From Callorhinchus milii (lineage: Eukaryota), in NCBI RefSeq assembly GCF_018977255.1, contig NW_024704742.1, positions 39,310,001-39,374,000 of the forward strand: a stretch of 64,000 bases of DNA, given 5' to 3'. A model generated the notes under the pieces. It was not told where the DNA came from, ran no database searches, and saw only the letters and a list, made by a program, of their open reading frames with translations. This document shows, piece by piece, positions 25,201-39,287 of the stretch. How positions within the stretch are numbered: the stretch's first letter is position 1; every line of letters starts with the position of its first letter. The position numbers and the translations under genes were made by a program.

Positions 25201-25570
25201 CGCTCTGAGACACCGTCCAGTGTGGAGGCCACTATATAAATCCAAGTTGTTGTTGTTTGTGAGTGCCATACTCTCAGGGGATTTCTGCACTGCCTGTGCC
25301 CTCTTCCTATCATGCTGGGAACTCACCCGCTCACTCTCCTTCTGAACCCTCTGTGGCTGAGCAGTGATCACCTCGTGAAACGTTCAATCCATGAAGTTTT
25401 CAGCCGTCTGTATGCTATGTAGTGACACCAGCCTCTCCTTGAGCTCAGAAACTCTGAACAGCCGGAGGCACTTCCTACACACGTGTCTGTCCAGGACACA
25501 CAAAATCTCCTGGAGTTCCCACTTGGCACACATTGTGCATGCAACTGGTTTCAGCTGCCCTGCCATATTC
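22293..25570 (-). mobile_element. CR1 LINE remnant spanning ORF1 N-terminus, endonuclease and RT; interrupted by L2
   Basis: ORF1-like CTMC...CRKC (25384-25566); CVNAWSVTNK, LDLVLGNE...SDHNIV, KSPGPDGMHPR, DFQKTFDKVPH, GVPQGSVLGP, KFADDTK, EYCVQFWAP; many frameshifts; 3' end missing. Confidence 0.93.
24783..25258 (+). mobile_element. L2 3' fragment nested in CR1
   Basis: LARLHWLPIPERINFKILTLVFKSL; L2 tail ending GTTGTTGTTGTTT. Confidence 0.92.
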
Positions 25571-27599
25571 CCAGATGTGTTTTATATTATTTGAATATAA
25601 CTTATATATTTTATAATTATGTGCCTCCTTCCCCCTCTGCACCAAATTCCCACTGTCACCAAATTCCTTAATTGAATTCTCACTCTGTTCCACCTCACTC
25701 AGCTCCTTCCTCATGCTGCCAGGGCTCTCTGCTCAATTAGTTTAGGCCCCATGTACATTGTTGGAAAATAATCTTGTTGGAATATTTGTATTTATGCTTT
25801 ACAATTGGCTCCACTACACCCCTTTAAAATTTCTGAATTCTTGGCATGAAATAATTTACAGATTCAATGTACCATGAATTTCGTACTCCTTTAATCTTGG
25901 TGATTTTTTTGTTGTCAACTTTATAAAAGTTTTTTCTCCAAAAAGAGGAAGATGTTGTTATCAAAATGATATTTTTTCTTTGAACTAGCATGAGTCAGTA
26001 CTTAAAAATAAACACATGGTAGAACAGACTCAGTAGTTCCTTTGTTGTCAGGATCACAAGAGACATTGCAAAGAAGCTATGTATGAAGGAAGATCTTTGG
26101 ATCATTTGATTTCATTCCTCGAGAATAAGGGATTAATGCTGAGATCTTTAGTGGTGGAGATGGAAAGATAGGCACAATGGGCTTAATGGCTTCCCTACAG
26201 ACATTTATGTGGCTCTGATACCAAATGTATCATCTTCCCGTTGCAACTTTTAACTCTTTTTAAATGAGTCTGGTGTCCTGGCCTCAATCACTCTTTCCTG
26301 TTAATCCATTCCAGCTGTTGCTTACCACTTGTGTAAAGATTGTAATCAACATCTCGACCTGTTGTCTATCCCACACATTCCCCGAACCATGAACCTATGC
26401 CCTCTTGTTCTGCAGCTTGGCATAGCTAAAAATAGGGCAGATGTGAAGAAAGAAACTAAGACATTGAGGAATTAGAATCTCTGTCAGTCATTAACTAATG
26501 GTACATAAGAAGGAAAAGGAAACCACCCAAATATCACACGTCCTATTTTCATCATAGGAGTTTCATTGAGAGCTCCATCTTTGCCACTTTGGAGGCAGAC
26601 AAGTAGGAATTAAGGTATAAAGGAACATTGAGAAAAGGTGGGGAAATTAAATTTAAAAGATCTGCTATGATCCAATAAATAGTGTGCAAGCTTAATCGGC
26701 AGAATCATCTACTCTGGATCCTGTGTTGCAATATAAATTTAATCTCATATATGAGGGTATTTTCGGAAGCACATGCTGCGATACAACACAGAAAATGTTC
26801 AATTCCCAAGGACAATGTTGGAGTGAGGGTGAAGAGCAAGCAAACATGGTAGCATGCTTTATTGTTTCTGTTATTTTCAGCTATCTAAGTATAATTTTCA
26901 AACAATACCATTTTAAACTCTTCTGCCAGAAATGTTTAAAATCCATTGCATGAATAAGAAGTAATAAGTACATAAATCTTCAGGATTCCACCATGTTAGT
27001 TTTAGCCATTGTTTTATAATTGATGAATTTTACTTGGTGTTAGTTTTTTGCTTCAATTTCAATCACAATTTATGTTCTTTTGCTTTTTATAACTATGCAC
27101 AATATCATTGTATTCGGAGAGCACGTAAATGCCATTGAAGTCATAATCAGGTCACATTTGAAACTTAAGAAGAGGTATCAGTCACTGTTCAGTGCTACAG
27201 GAAGATCTAATCTTATCTGATCACTCAGTGTTGCTGACGGGCAGAGTAAATTTGATAGGAATGTCAGCAGTCCCCAGGCATATCTTCACAGCCTTGCACA
27301 TTCAGTGATATGGTGAGACTTTACAGCGGAACCTAATTATAACAAACTCTTGTTTTTACAATAATCTCATTATCACAAACGGTCTTCCTGATCTTTGGAG
27401 ATGCTCAGAGCAGAGCAACTCAGATTTCAGTAGGGAGGCAAAGTCCTGATTAGAATTAATGATAACAATATTTTCATTTGATATAACCCTTTATCATAAT
27501 GAAACATATCAAAGGGCTTCTCAGTAATCACTGTTAAGTGTAGTGACTGTATAATTGTAGAAAGAGGCAGCAGACAACTTTCATCCACTAGTATCCAAC

Positions 27600-27866
27600 T
27601 GACGTTTAGGATGTAAATGATCAATTTAATTGGAAGACTGTTGGTCAGAACACTATGAGAAAGTTATTAGTTCTTTAACATGTGACTGAATAGACAGGTG
27701 GAACCTCATTTGAATGCCTTATCGAAATAATGCTGCAGTCTCCCAACACTGTACTGTAGTATCAGCCTAGACCATGAACTTATATTCTCAATACTGGACC
27801 TGAACCTTTTGAACCAGAGGCAAGAGTGCCACTAGCTGAGCTGAACTACCAACTGAGCTAAGCTAC
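27600..27866 (-). mobile_element. Old SacSINE1-like fragment
   Basis: Reverse complement of head (GCTCAGCTAGTGGCACTCTTGCCTCTG) and Deu block. Confidence 0.65.
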
Positions 27867-28254
27867 ATTTTATTCAACAGATATTAATCCAGTTTATAAA
27901 CTGTAACATGACTTAATAAGGTATTGCCAAACTGCAGATTTCTCAGGATGGTTTTGAATGCAGCCGACTTGATAACTCCTACTTCCTCATGAGTAAATAA
28001 TTGCTGCTTGAAACAGATGAAAGCACCATCCAAATTAAAAATAACCATATCAGTCACTTCCCGATGCAGATCCACTTCTACATAACAAATGACTAAAAGG
28101 TACACAACCCGCCTCTGGAGTCATTGTATTTTTTCTTAACACAGCTGTGAGTGGGTGTGCCTCATGGTAGAAGAGAAGGGGAAATTAGAAGACAGATTTA
28201 TTCTTCCCCATAAGTGAACCTCTTGTTACAACTGGTGACAACTGGTGACAGCCA

Positions 28255-29530
28255 TGAAGACACTTGTGACCTAGACTCGACCCCATCCCTACCCCTCTCC
28301 TTACCTCCTAGCTCTACCTCCTTGCCTCTCTACTCACAGGCATCATAAACCACTCGCTGTCCACTGGTACCATTCCCACCCCTTTAAAAACGTCCGTCAT
28401 CACATCTGTCCTTAAAAAACCCTCCCTGGACCCATTCCTGCTCTCAAACTCATCTCCAACCTCCCTTTCCTCTCCAAGATCCTGAAATGAGTCACTTCCC
28501 AGCTTCGTTCTTTCCTCTCACGGCACACCCTTCACAAACTCCTTCAATTGGGTTTCCGTACCACTCACATCACAGAAACAGCCCTGATCTAAGTGACAGA
28601 TGATATTTTGTCCATCTGCGACCAGGGCTCCCTCTGCCTCCTCGTCTTCCTTGACCTCTCTGCTGCCTTTGACACTGTTGACCACTCTATCCTCATCCAC
28701 CGCTCTCCTCTCACCTCTAACTTCGCGATTCTGTCCTTGAATGATTCAGATCACACCTCTCACGCTGCCTCCACTTCATCTCCACAAGCATTTTTTCCTC
28801 TAGCCCCCCCCCAACCATCTTGTGTGGTGTTTCTCAGGGCCCTCTCCTTCAACATCTATACTCTCACTCTTGGTGACATCATCCGCAGACATGGGTAAAC
28901 ATCTACATGTATGCGGATGACACCCCAACTGTACCTCTCTACCTCCACCCTTGACTCCATAACCACTGCTGTCCTGACAGAATGTCTGTCAGACCTCAAG
29001 TCCTGGATGAGAGCTAACTTTCTTTAGTTGAACGTCAACAAGACCGAGGCTCTCCTGAGGCAATGACAGCATCACCATACATGGTTACACACTCCACATT
29101 GCTAAGCCAATCCAGAACCTTGGCATTTTGTTTGACCCTCAAAGCCCTCCATGGCCTTGATCCCCTACCTCTGTGACCTCCTAACTGTCTCCATCCTACC
29201 CACTCCCTCTGCTCAATGGTCTCCGGCCTGCTTCACATCCCCTGCCTCGACCGGCCCACCATTGGTGGGTGGGCCTTCTGCCACTCTGCCCCACCCTTTG
29301 GAATGCCATCCCGCAGTCCCTCTGCTTTGCCCACTCCCTTGCCTCCTTCAAGACCCAACTCAAAACCCTCCTCTTCGACCGTCCTTTCAATCACCCTGCT
29401 TCCCCCCATGCCCTCCATCCACCCAATCCCAAACCCCAGCTTGGGTCCAAAACACTGACTGTCCAGCACCTTGGGACGCCTTGTCCTCCCAATGTGAAAG
29501 GCGCTATACAAATGTAATTTTGTTGTTGTT
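28255..29530 (+). mobile_element. L2 LINE fragment (RT and 3' end)
   Basis: LDLSAAFDTVDH, ATGTATGCGGATGACAC (YADD motif), WMRANFL.LNVNKTE, L2 tail and (TTG)n. Confidence 0.93.
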
Positions 29531-30529
29531 CATGAACAGAACTTTGTTCTCATAACTACTTGTGGGAACTGAATGAGGAGGGGTTCTTTTGGAATGCAAG
29601 GAAAATCAATGCTTGCATCCAGAGGAAGGTGCTATGAGTGAAGAATAACAGCTACAAGCGTAAATAATGGTACAAAACATTGTCAACTGTTGAAAAAGAA
29701 TCAATAATGTGAATACAATTTATTAGCACCTTTCACATCGAGAGGATGTTGAATGGGCATCTGTGCTGGTGGTGGAAGTCGATAGGGCATGGGAGGGGAA
29801 AGATGACCAAAAGTGTAACCAAAAAGGTACATTTTGACATGTGGGAGGTAAAAAATGATGATTCACTCTCAGAGGTCGAAGAGACATCATTGCAGTGTAG
29901 AGCCAATAAAATCAAAATTGAAATCCAGGGCATCTTGGAAGACAGGATAAAACAAATCTTCAAATGATACCCGAAGGTGAAATTTCTACATAAGACTATA
30001 AATATCTATAAGGTTGGATTTCATTTTCCCCTTTCAGACCTACATAGAGAAAGTAATTTGAAAAGTACTGTGCATAATTTATAACTTAAGCAGCGTGTTA
30101 CTAAATGTCTTTTAAAGTGCAAGTTTTCATGTAAAAATCTTTTCAACGTAAGTCCATCGCTACACTTCCCTTGCCTATGAAATCTCTACCAAAATAGCCC
30201 TGCAGCTGTTTATCTCAGGTCATGTATGTACAAAATTAGCAATACTGTACTTTGTAAATTCTCCATACTGGCTTTACCAACGAAATATTGTCTTTTTCCA
30301 GCTCCATTCCATCCACTGAAGAGAGATCACTCTTTCTGTAGCACTGACAAGCCACTGAGGGCAAAATAAAGAAGGAGTCATCAGCAGTCACCAAACTTTA
30401 TCCTTCCAGGGGAAGAGTTGAGAAGGTAATATTATTTTTCTTGTTATTGATGCAAAGAGCATTTATTCTTCCAGAGTGCCATGCTTTTGTCATTGTTTTC
30501 TTCATTAACCTGATTCACATCTATCTATT

Positions 30530-30703
30530 TAGAAGGTAAGCAAGTTGTGTCCCTCTGAGGAGAGAGTGCACATTCCACTTTGGACAAGGTAATTCCTACA
30601 CATAGATGACATACTTGGACTTCTCAGTTTAGTTTGGATTCTCTTAAGCATGGTGATGGGTTTCTGCATGTGTCAAGCACTCAGCTGACCAAAAGTAAAA
30701 AAA
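30530..30703 (+). repeat. Unassigned dispersed repeat (family X), 3' part
   Basis: TTCTCAGTTTAGTTTGGATTCTCTTAAGCATGGTGATGGGTTTCTGCATGTGTC...GCTGACCAAAA is shared with six other sites in the window. Confidence 0.85.
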
Positions 30704-30834
30704 ATGGATGCATGCATGTTTGTGCATGGTTATAATGCGATAGCTGGAGAGTTTATCATCCCCCCAAAAAGTTCTACAGTACATTCTACAAACCAAATTT
30801 CAAACTATTAATGAGAGGATCAGTGAGATTTGTG

Positions 30835-31078
30835 TCTCCGTTGGTAACACCCTCACCTCTGCATCAGAAGGTTCTGGGTTCAAGCCCCACATCAGGACTT
30901 GGAACACACATTGTCTAAGCCCACCTTGAGTCATTCATTTTATAGCTGTTTGTGGAATGTTGTTGTGCACACTGCACAAAATACAGTTACTCTTGGAAGT
31001 ATATATTGTGAAGTGCTTTGAGACATCCTCCTGACATGAACGGCGTTGTATAAAAAGGAAAGCTTATTATTATTATAT
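30835..31078 (+). mobile_element. Old SacSINE1-like copy, internally deleted
   Basis: Head CTCACCTCTGCATCAGAAGGTTCTGGGTTCAAGCCCCAC and tail with (TTA)n. Confidence 0.75.
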
Positions 31079-31252
31079 TGCTTATTTGTATGAGAAAATT
31101 ACAAGAGATAAATGGATAAATGAAGCCCTGTGGCATGTGGACTTGCTGAGTAGTTCCTATGAGGAGCTCTCTGCTTGTACTGAGAAACAGGAGCCAATGT
31201 CTTTGATGTTCTCACATCTTTCATCTTAGTCCTTGGTTCCTATTCTGAGTTC

Positions 31253-31815
31253 AACAGCCAACAACAGCAAAATTACATTTGTAAAGCACATTTCACCTCG
31301 GGAGGATGTCTCAAGGCACTGAACAGTCGGGGATCGGACCCAAGCATTGTGGGGTAGGGTTCGGATGAGGGAGAGCAGAGAGATAGGAGGGCAGCTGAAG
31401 ACAGAGTCAATAAGGAGGTTCTTGAGTCATGCCTTGAAGGAGGCAAGCAAGGTGAAAGGATTATGTGATGGAGTTCTAAAGGGTTGGGGCAGAGAGGCTC
31501 AAAGCTCAGCCGCTGATGATAGAGCAGATTTGGCGGGAGACATGGAACAGGCTGAATGGAGGGAGGGGACAGGTTGATAGAGGGTGACCGGGTCAGAGAG
31601 GTTGGAGGGGCAAGGCCGTGGAGTGCCTTGAAAGTGAGGACAAGAGTTTTGAATTCTAGGATGCTGAGCGAGGGTGTGGGTGATGGGGTCACGGAGCCTG
31701 GGCAGCAGAGGACACAAGCTGCAGAGTTCTGAATGATCTGCAGCTTGTGGAGGGAAGAGTTGGGGAGGCTGACAAGGAGGGAGCCTTGACATAGTCAGGC
31801 CTTGAGATGATGAAT
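31253..31815 (-). mobile_element. L2 3' fragment
   Basis: EFKTLVLTFKALHGLAP; (TTG)-like tail. Confidence 0.9.
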
Positions 31816-33449
31816 GTCATTCAAGCAGTGTATCTTGGTTGGTGGGCTCCTCATAGATACTCAATGCCAAGTCTACACTGGCACAGGCCTTTGGCCTATT
31901 TTACATCATCCTCTCAGAAAACAATCCTACTTTCTTCATGTTAAAGCACAAAGCTGCTTCCTAATTTAATCCACTCTCCTGGCCTCAACTACCCCTCTTG
32001 GTAACCTGTTGCACTAATGAATAACTTATTTGTAAAGGTATATTTCTCGGTGTCTCCCCTATTGCCCTTCTCAATGAGCAGTTAACACTAGGACCTCTTC
32101 AGGACTGGAATGTCAAAAAATGGGATAGATAAATATTGCTGGTGGTAATCATCAAATCCCTGACTGTCAAGCACCTTGGAATGTCCTCCCGATGTGAAAG
32201 GCGCTATACAAATTTTGAATTGTATAGTATCGCATCACCTACCACATTTTTCACCCCAACATGTCACGTGGCTTCCCACTATCAATTTAGAATTTCACCA
32301 CCTGAAAACTTCTATGAAGTTGGTCAGGTATGTTGTGTGCCATTTATTAGGTTTCACTGAGCACAGTCAGTCTTCATTTAGTAGTCATTTTTTATTAAGT
32401 TCCTTTAAGGACCATAGTGAACCAACTTCAAAACTTAATTCAACAATTTGAAAAATTCTGAAAATGGAGCCAATTTACATTCAGGTGGAAATTCTTTTCA
32501 CTTGTCTCTCTAAATAACCTTGATAAAATAATGTTCCTTGCATTTGATATAACACTCTATCACATTGTCAAAAGGCCTTCAGGTGCTTCACAAGGATTTT
32601 ACTGTAAAATGTATTAATTCTGTATTTATAGGTGATTTAATGCAAGTCTGAGGTCACACTCCAGGCTGACACTCCAAAGCGGTGTTGGGAGAGTGCTCAG
32701 TTGATGATGTTTTTCGGATGAGATGTTAAACAAAAGTCCCATTGACCTGTCCGGGGGACATTAAATAATAATAAGTCACTACTTGAAAATAGAAGGTGAT
32801 TTATCCAGATGCCCTGGCCAATAATCAATGAGATAAAAAAAAATTTTTATGGTTGTTTGTAGGACACTGTATATGAATTGGCTATCAAGTACAAATACAC
32901 AGTCACTGTACTTTAATGTAACAACTTGTGAAGCTCTTTGTGATGCCCTAACAACTTGATAAGGAGCAATATCAAACACAATAATTATTATTAGATTATT
33001 AAGATGACTCCACTTGTGTCAGTTAATCAAGGTAACTAATTTTCAATGCTACTTCTGTGAGATAGTAAAAGTTGCTTTTCACTGGACTCTTAAGCTTATT
33101 GCAGTATAACTCCTACATACTGCATAAATAATCAGATAACACAACACAGCTCAACTTCCAGGTTTGAAACCCAACAATAATTGGCTTAATAGTTGTTTCT
33201 AACCACCTGTGTAAAATCTGGAAAATACAAATTGGCATAAACATATTCAAGTGACCCTTTGCCTGGGCATCTGTTTTCTGTGTGGCAGAAAGTCAATGTA
33301 AACATTTCTAGCAAGTGGAAATCTCTTCTCTTTTCTTCTGCTGCCAATGTTTCTGCTGCTGCATTAACACTTGCCCTTCTTCCTATATGATGCTCATAAC
33401 AGCCCAGCATTGCCACTCATGGAGGTAGAATGGGTAATCCTTGGAGATA

Positions 33450-33640
33450 AAGAGAAACACTGGGAATCTGGAAATCTGAAATAAAATCAGAAAATGCTGG
33501 AAATATCCCAGTCATTTATCATCTGAACAAGAAAGATAGGTGAATGATTTCAGTGTGTTCTTTCATTGAAACTGTTAACCTATGAGTCTCTTTTACTTGT
33601 TGATCAACCTTCTGTCTAACTCCAACATTTGTTATTTTCT
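33450..33640. repeat. Decayed Penelope-type terminal repeat, inverted pair
   Basis: CTGGAAATCTGAAATAAAATCAGAAAATGCTGGAAATA resembles 42090-42150; a degenerate inverted copy follows. Confidence 0.55.
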
Positions 33641-33721
33641 TTTATAACCTGACAACACTTTATGCATCACTAAGTAGCATTGCAGATACATATTGAATAT
33701 ATATACCATTTGCCTCTGGAG

Positions 33722-34232
33722 TTAATAATAATCCTTTCATTTGATATACTGCCTTTCAAGTAACAAAAAGAGCTTCACATCACGCACTGCAAAGTGGAGT
33801 GCATGTCGTGGATGAATATGGCAGCCAATGTGCGCATAGCAGTCTCCCACAAAAAGAATGACCAATTTTATTTGGAGGATTGTTGGATAGGACACAGGGA
33901 GGAACTCTCATCTCTTTATAATAGTGCCATGGATCTTTAACGTCCACCTGAACTGACAGACAGGACCTCATCTGAATGACAGAACCTCCAACAATACAGC
34001 GCACCCCCAGCACTGCATTGGAGGGTCAGCTTGTACTACAAGTCATGACATGTGGCTTGAATGGCGACCTTCTGATTCAGGTTTGCCTTCAAAAATACAC
34101 TGTCACTACACTTTACAGTATATCCTGTGAAGCACTTTGAGACATCTTGACAACTTGAAATGGCACTATATCAAATACAAGAATTATTAATATTATTTAG
34201 GAGTGTGAATGCTACCAGCTGAGCCAGGCTAA
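33722..34232 (-). mobile_element. Old SacSINE1-like copy with a + strand SINE tail inserted (~34083-34197)
   Basis: Deu block on the minus strand; the head resumes at GAGTGTGAATGCTACCAGCTGAGCCAGGCT. Confidence 0.75.
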
Positions 34233-35377
34233 GAACTAACACATTACTTGAGTAATATTAGACCATTAGAATTCAACTTTCCCCTTTGTTCTGTGCAAAT
34301 GTACAAAGCGCTCCAAGGCATTATCCTATGTGAAGGTGCTAAATAAATGCAAGTTGTTGTACTTGCATAAATCTCCCCTTTGTCTCTCTCCCCAGCTTCC
34401 ACCCAAGTGTGTGATGCTCAGTTTGTTCTTTGGATTCAAGAGGTGTTTGAAGAAAAGCTGGAGAAATGCATATCATTTTGTCATGCTGATGAGAAACATG
34501 AGCATCAAGAAAGATATGTTTTGCCACAATTTGCTTCATTGTGTGCTTGTAAACAATAAAAATATTTGCTAGACACATCCCCCATGAAGACAGAGCCTAC
34601 TTAAACATACTGAAGCGAGTACAGTTTAATAATGATCATTAGAACTGGCTTCATATCCACTCCATTGCTGTCACTTGGGATCAATGCCCACAGGGACAAC
34701 ACATTTTACTTTAATTTAAAAAATGTGTTTAATTTAAAAAACACAAATTAAATCAATTTATCAAATTATGTGCAACATGCTAATATGCAGTAAAATGTAT
34801 TAATCTTCTCAGTTGTACATTTACCCGAGCATGTGCCGAGCTGCTTCAGATTAATTTGTACAATACCCAGAATAAGGGAGGGGAACAGGAACTACTGTGT
34901 TCACATGTATTGTTATGGATAAGTAGAGCGTACATTTAATAAGCCTGACCAATTACTTCAAGAATCTTGCAAGATAGGAGCAAAGCTAAACAGGGTTCAA
35001 CAACAAGATTAATAAATTACATTTATTTTGTGCCCTTCAATTGGAATATAATGTTTCAGAGTGCTTCACAATGATGAGACCTTATGTCGAGGCAAGAAAG
35101 ATTGGAGAGGCAGGAGGAAGGGTGTGGTGACCATAGATGTGGCGGAAGAGGTGGATTATAATAATAATTCTCTCATTGAAATAATGTTTTTCATGTCAAC
35201 CTGTTCCAAGAAACTGAAGTTAGACACTATTTATCTTTCTCTTAAAGTAACACAATTTCAGGTGTCTAGCAAAAGCTCTAAAACAGTGTATATTTCAGTC
35301 GTTTTGATGGGTTTTTACTCAGCTATTCCAGAGAAACCCACAGCAACAACTGAATTTGGCAAAACCTTGGGCAAGTT

Positions 35378-35925
35378 TCCTTACTCTGCACGCCTGATAA
35401 TAATCCTTCAAGAAAAAAATACAATAATAAATTTGGTACTTCAATCCATGGCTGTTTGTGGGACACTGCTGTGCGCAATTAGCTGCTACGTTTCACCCAC
35501 AAATATACAGTCAATTCACTTTACAGTATATTCTGTGAAGCGCTTTGAGATGTCTAGAAGACGAGAAATGCTCTATATCAAATTCAAAGGTTGTTATTAT
35601 TAATTGACTAAAGTGGGTCCTTTAGATGAGATGTTAAATTGAGATCCCTTGTACCGTTCATATGGATGTTAAAGATCCTTTGGTACTACTCCAAAAGAGA
35701 AGGCAGTTTCTCCTGATGTCTTTGCCAACAATCCTTTAAATAAATTGGTTACTTGTTTCATGGCTGTTTGTGGGACATTCTGTGTGCAATTGGGCGGCTG
35801 CATTCGCCTATAAAATAAACAGTCACTCCACTTCACAGTGAATCTTGTGAAGTGCTTTGGCATTCCTCCTGATGTGAAAGGCACTATACCGAAGGTGAAC
35901 ATTATGAGGATAATTATTATTATTA
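35378..35925 (+). mobile_element. 5'-truncated young SINE (35378-35602) followed by an old DeuSINE-like fragment
   Basis: CCTTGGGCAAGTTTCCTTAC...tail, then GATGAGATGTTAAA...GATGTTAAAGATCC...tail. Confidence 0.85.
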
Positions 35926-38907
35926 TTTCTTAAATGCTCTAATGCATTGTAGCTGGAAATTTTAGTTTTCAGCTACCCCAAAAAATAAAAATAACAGGAT
36001 ATGCTTCCAAAATGACGTTGCTTTCTTTGGAAAAGGTGAACCATTTCAAATGGTATTTTTGAGTGATTGTGACTATAATTTGTGGGGATTTTCATTACAC
36101 TGTCACCTGGGAAGCAGCTAGAAGCCATTCATCCGATCGGTGTGACAAGAAAATTGGCATATATATGTGCATGAAAATGAGATGTAGCGTGGCAAAATGA
36201 CAATCGATGGGAACTGACAGCAAGAAGTGACCTTTAAAGTGTACACTTAATAATACATGACAAAAAGAAGTCATTCACTATTCCACTGAAATTAGTCAAA
36301 TGCACCCAGCACTTTTAGAACATGCATTCTGAATTCAATCATGTTGGAATGTAACAATCTTGGAAATGATATAGGGAAATGCAGGAGAATGATCTCAAGA
36401 TTTCAAGAAAGGTTTGGGTGAAGAAGGACCTTTGGTCCACATGATCTCATCATTCCAGATTACCCACCCTACCATCCTTCCGTAAACCATAAAGCTGTTT
36501 CTTAAATATGTTCAACTTTCTGTCTTCAGAAAGGCAGGGCAGGTACAATGGGCCAAATGGCTTCCTATCTTCTGTAAATTTATATGGTTCTAATATCCAC
36601 AAACTAGTGATAAATGGTGACCTTGCCATCTCCCACATGCAAGGAGCAAATAACAAATACTCACATACGCCACCATTGTTCATAACTTGGAGCAGTGACA
36701 GATGAGCAAATTATTACATTTTTCACACTCCATTTTACATTGAAAAATAAACCAGAATTTTAGGTGCACACTATAATTGTCAGTCTCGGAGGCAAACTAT
36801 GTATACTAATGGCAGTGCAGAATGTTTTGTTTACCTGGGATGTGGTTGTAAAGAGTCAGCGCAGACGTAATGGGCTGAATCATCTACTTTCTACTGCTGA
36901 AAATTTCTAACATTCTATGAACGGCATCATTATCTAGCACCTCGCCCAAGTGGTTGATATTTACATATTTAATTGGTTGTTGCTTTTGTCCATATAAACA
37001 GTCACTACAATTGCTGGTAATTTCTTCTGTAGTACATTGAGATATTAAGACTTGATAAGGCACTATAGCAATGTGTGGTCTTTCTTTAAAATTATCCTGG
37101 GGAAAATGAAGGATGAGAAATTTGCCCACTGTCATGTTTCTCCCAGAGAATCCCAAAGATGAGGAAATGTATGGTTTTGCTAAAGAATTGACATGTGGCT
37201 TCATAATATTGTACTTTCGTGAGGAAGTAATGCAAAAAGTGTTTGTTTTAAAAGTTCCAGTGTGGGTGGATTTAGGAAGTGCAAGTTTATACCTAGAGCA
37301 GACAATGATTCTTCCTACTTGTCTGACCGGAGAGAACCAAATAAGGTAACAAAATCAATCACCCAGTTCAATATCTTATAGCTCAAGGAGTCAAGATTGC
37401 AGTCAGCATTACATATATCAAATAACAATCATATTGGGAAAATACCACTGAAAACCATTTTAGTGAGGAACTTTAGCCTTCAAAGATCCAAAATTCCATC
37501 TTATCTTAGCCTGTTATACTATTTTATTTTTTCATTAAGATCACTCTGCATTGTGAAAAATTTCTAAATTGACATCTAAATTTGGAATCCAGTTTTCACA
37601 GTTCTTAAAAAGGATGAGCTTCAAGTTCATCCTAAATTTACATACTATGTCCCAAGGGTATATACTCAATCCTCTGGAGAAATCTTAACCAAATTTGTAA
37701 TCAAATGCAAGGATTATTATTATTAGATGTTTATGGGAGAAAGATAACCAAAATGGTGTATAGTGCTTATATATATAATTAAGAGATATGTTACTTTGGT
37801 TACAAGATAGACCAAAATTAATGCTGTTCACAAGATCACAACCTTGGTTTGGATGAAAAGGCCCTTTGGCCAATTTGATCTCATCTTTCCAGAATATTCA
37901 ACCTATCCCACCAGTTGAGTTATTGCTGTTATATTACTTTTTATTTCCAATTTCTCTTTCAATTTCCCTCCCTCTTCTTACGAAGACCTTGACTCCTTTT
38001 GCTGCCTATTAAATATATGTACAAAATACAGTCACTATACTTTAACAGTATATCCTATGAAGTGTTTTGAGATGTCCTCCTGACATGAAAGGTGCTACGT
38101 GAAATATAACAATTATTATATTATTATTATATCCATAAGTAACTGTCACTTTGCTGTGGTCTGACCACAGTGTGCTTTTGCTGTGGTCTAATTTTTGATA
38201 TTTCTTTAAGGGATTCCTGAGCAACAAATTGATGATGCGCAATTGAAAACCTTCCAATAACCAAAAGTGAACACGTTGATCTGAGAAGTTCTCTCTAATC
38301 TGATCTACTTCCATTCAAAATTGCTTTATTGCTGTAGGACTAGGGTTTAATTAGTGCTACGGTGAAAGCTGGAAACATTTATATTTTAAAAAGCCAGTCC
38401 GGGGTACCTAAAATTTTTTGAACATGGCAGTGGTCTAAGGATTAACACTTAAAATGCAGACTTCCTGCTGAAGAAGACAACCCCCATCTCCAAAAATGAG
38501 GCTGGATAAACCTTTCAATTGGTACCATTAGGATAAATGCCTTACATCACTCATCAAGTGTAAAATCCACCCTTTAAGTGAACATATAGCATGCGAACAA
38601 AGCATTTGTGAATTCACGTTATTGCGTAAGGTATGAAATTGCTGATTTAAACACAATACTTAATCTGGAGGTAATCTAAAAAAAATTAATAAAGGTGTAT
38701 GACAAAAAAGTATTAAAATGAACCATGATAACCTTTATTATACATTATAGTCAAATAAAATGCCTTTGGTTTGGATTTTTCCTCTTCAACCATGCCTATG
38801 GTCACCTCCCCTTCCCGCTGGCTCGGTGTCGTGCTCTGCCATTGTTAAGGCTCAGGGAGCTGAGACATCATAGCCGTGTCCAATCCTGCTCTCACTTGAC
38901 ATCCAGT

Positions 38908-39287
38908 AGTGGGCAGGGATTCTTACTATTCAGCTCCCATTAATGCTGCAAGCCCAACCCGCACTGGTAAGGGTTATCCTATCAGGATAAGCAGTGGAAA
39001 ATTTTGCCAATGGCAAGCTCTGTGATTTTAGCTTTTTAGATTCTAACACTACCCCAAATGCATACTCTGGAGTCCCCAAGCTTCGGCTGTTGTGTGCCTA
39101 ATACTTTCCAGAATTAGGTAAGCAGGATGCATCCTCCAGGGTAAGGATGCACATTCCATCAGAATAAATATCTCAAGAATTTCCACGTATAGGTGGGATG
39201 CACAGAATTCTCAGTTTGGTTTGGATACTCTTAAGCATGATGATGGGTTCTAATATGTGCCAGACACCCAGCCCACCCCAAAAAAAT
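38908..39287 (+). repeat. Family X repeat, long copy
   Basis: Colinear similarity to 57534-57942. Confidence 0.85.

Noticed and set aside
35061..35603. 180-aa ORF
   Set aside because: Runs from unique DNA into a SINE; no domain or splice support.
38154..38170. CTGTGGTC-T-GACCACAG palindrome with a nearby direct repeat
   Set aside because: Too short; consistent with a local replication or repair slip.
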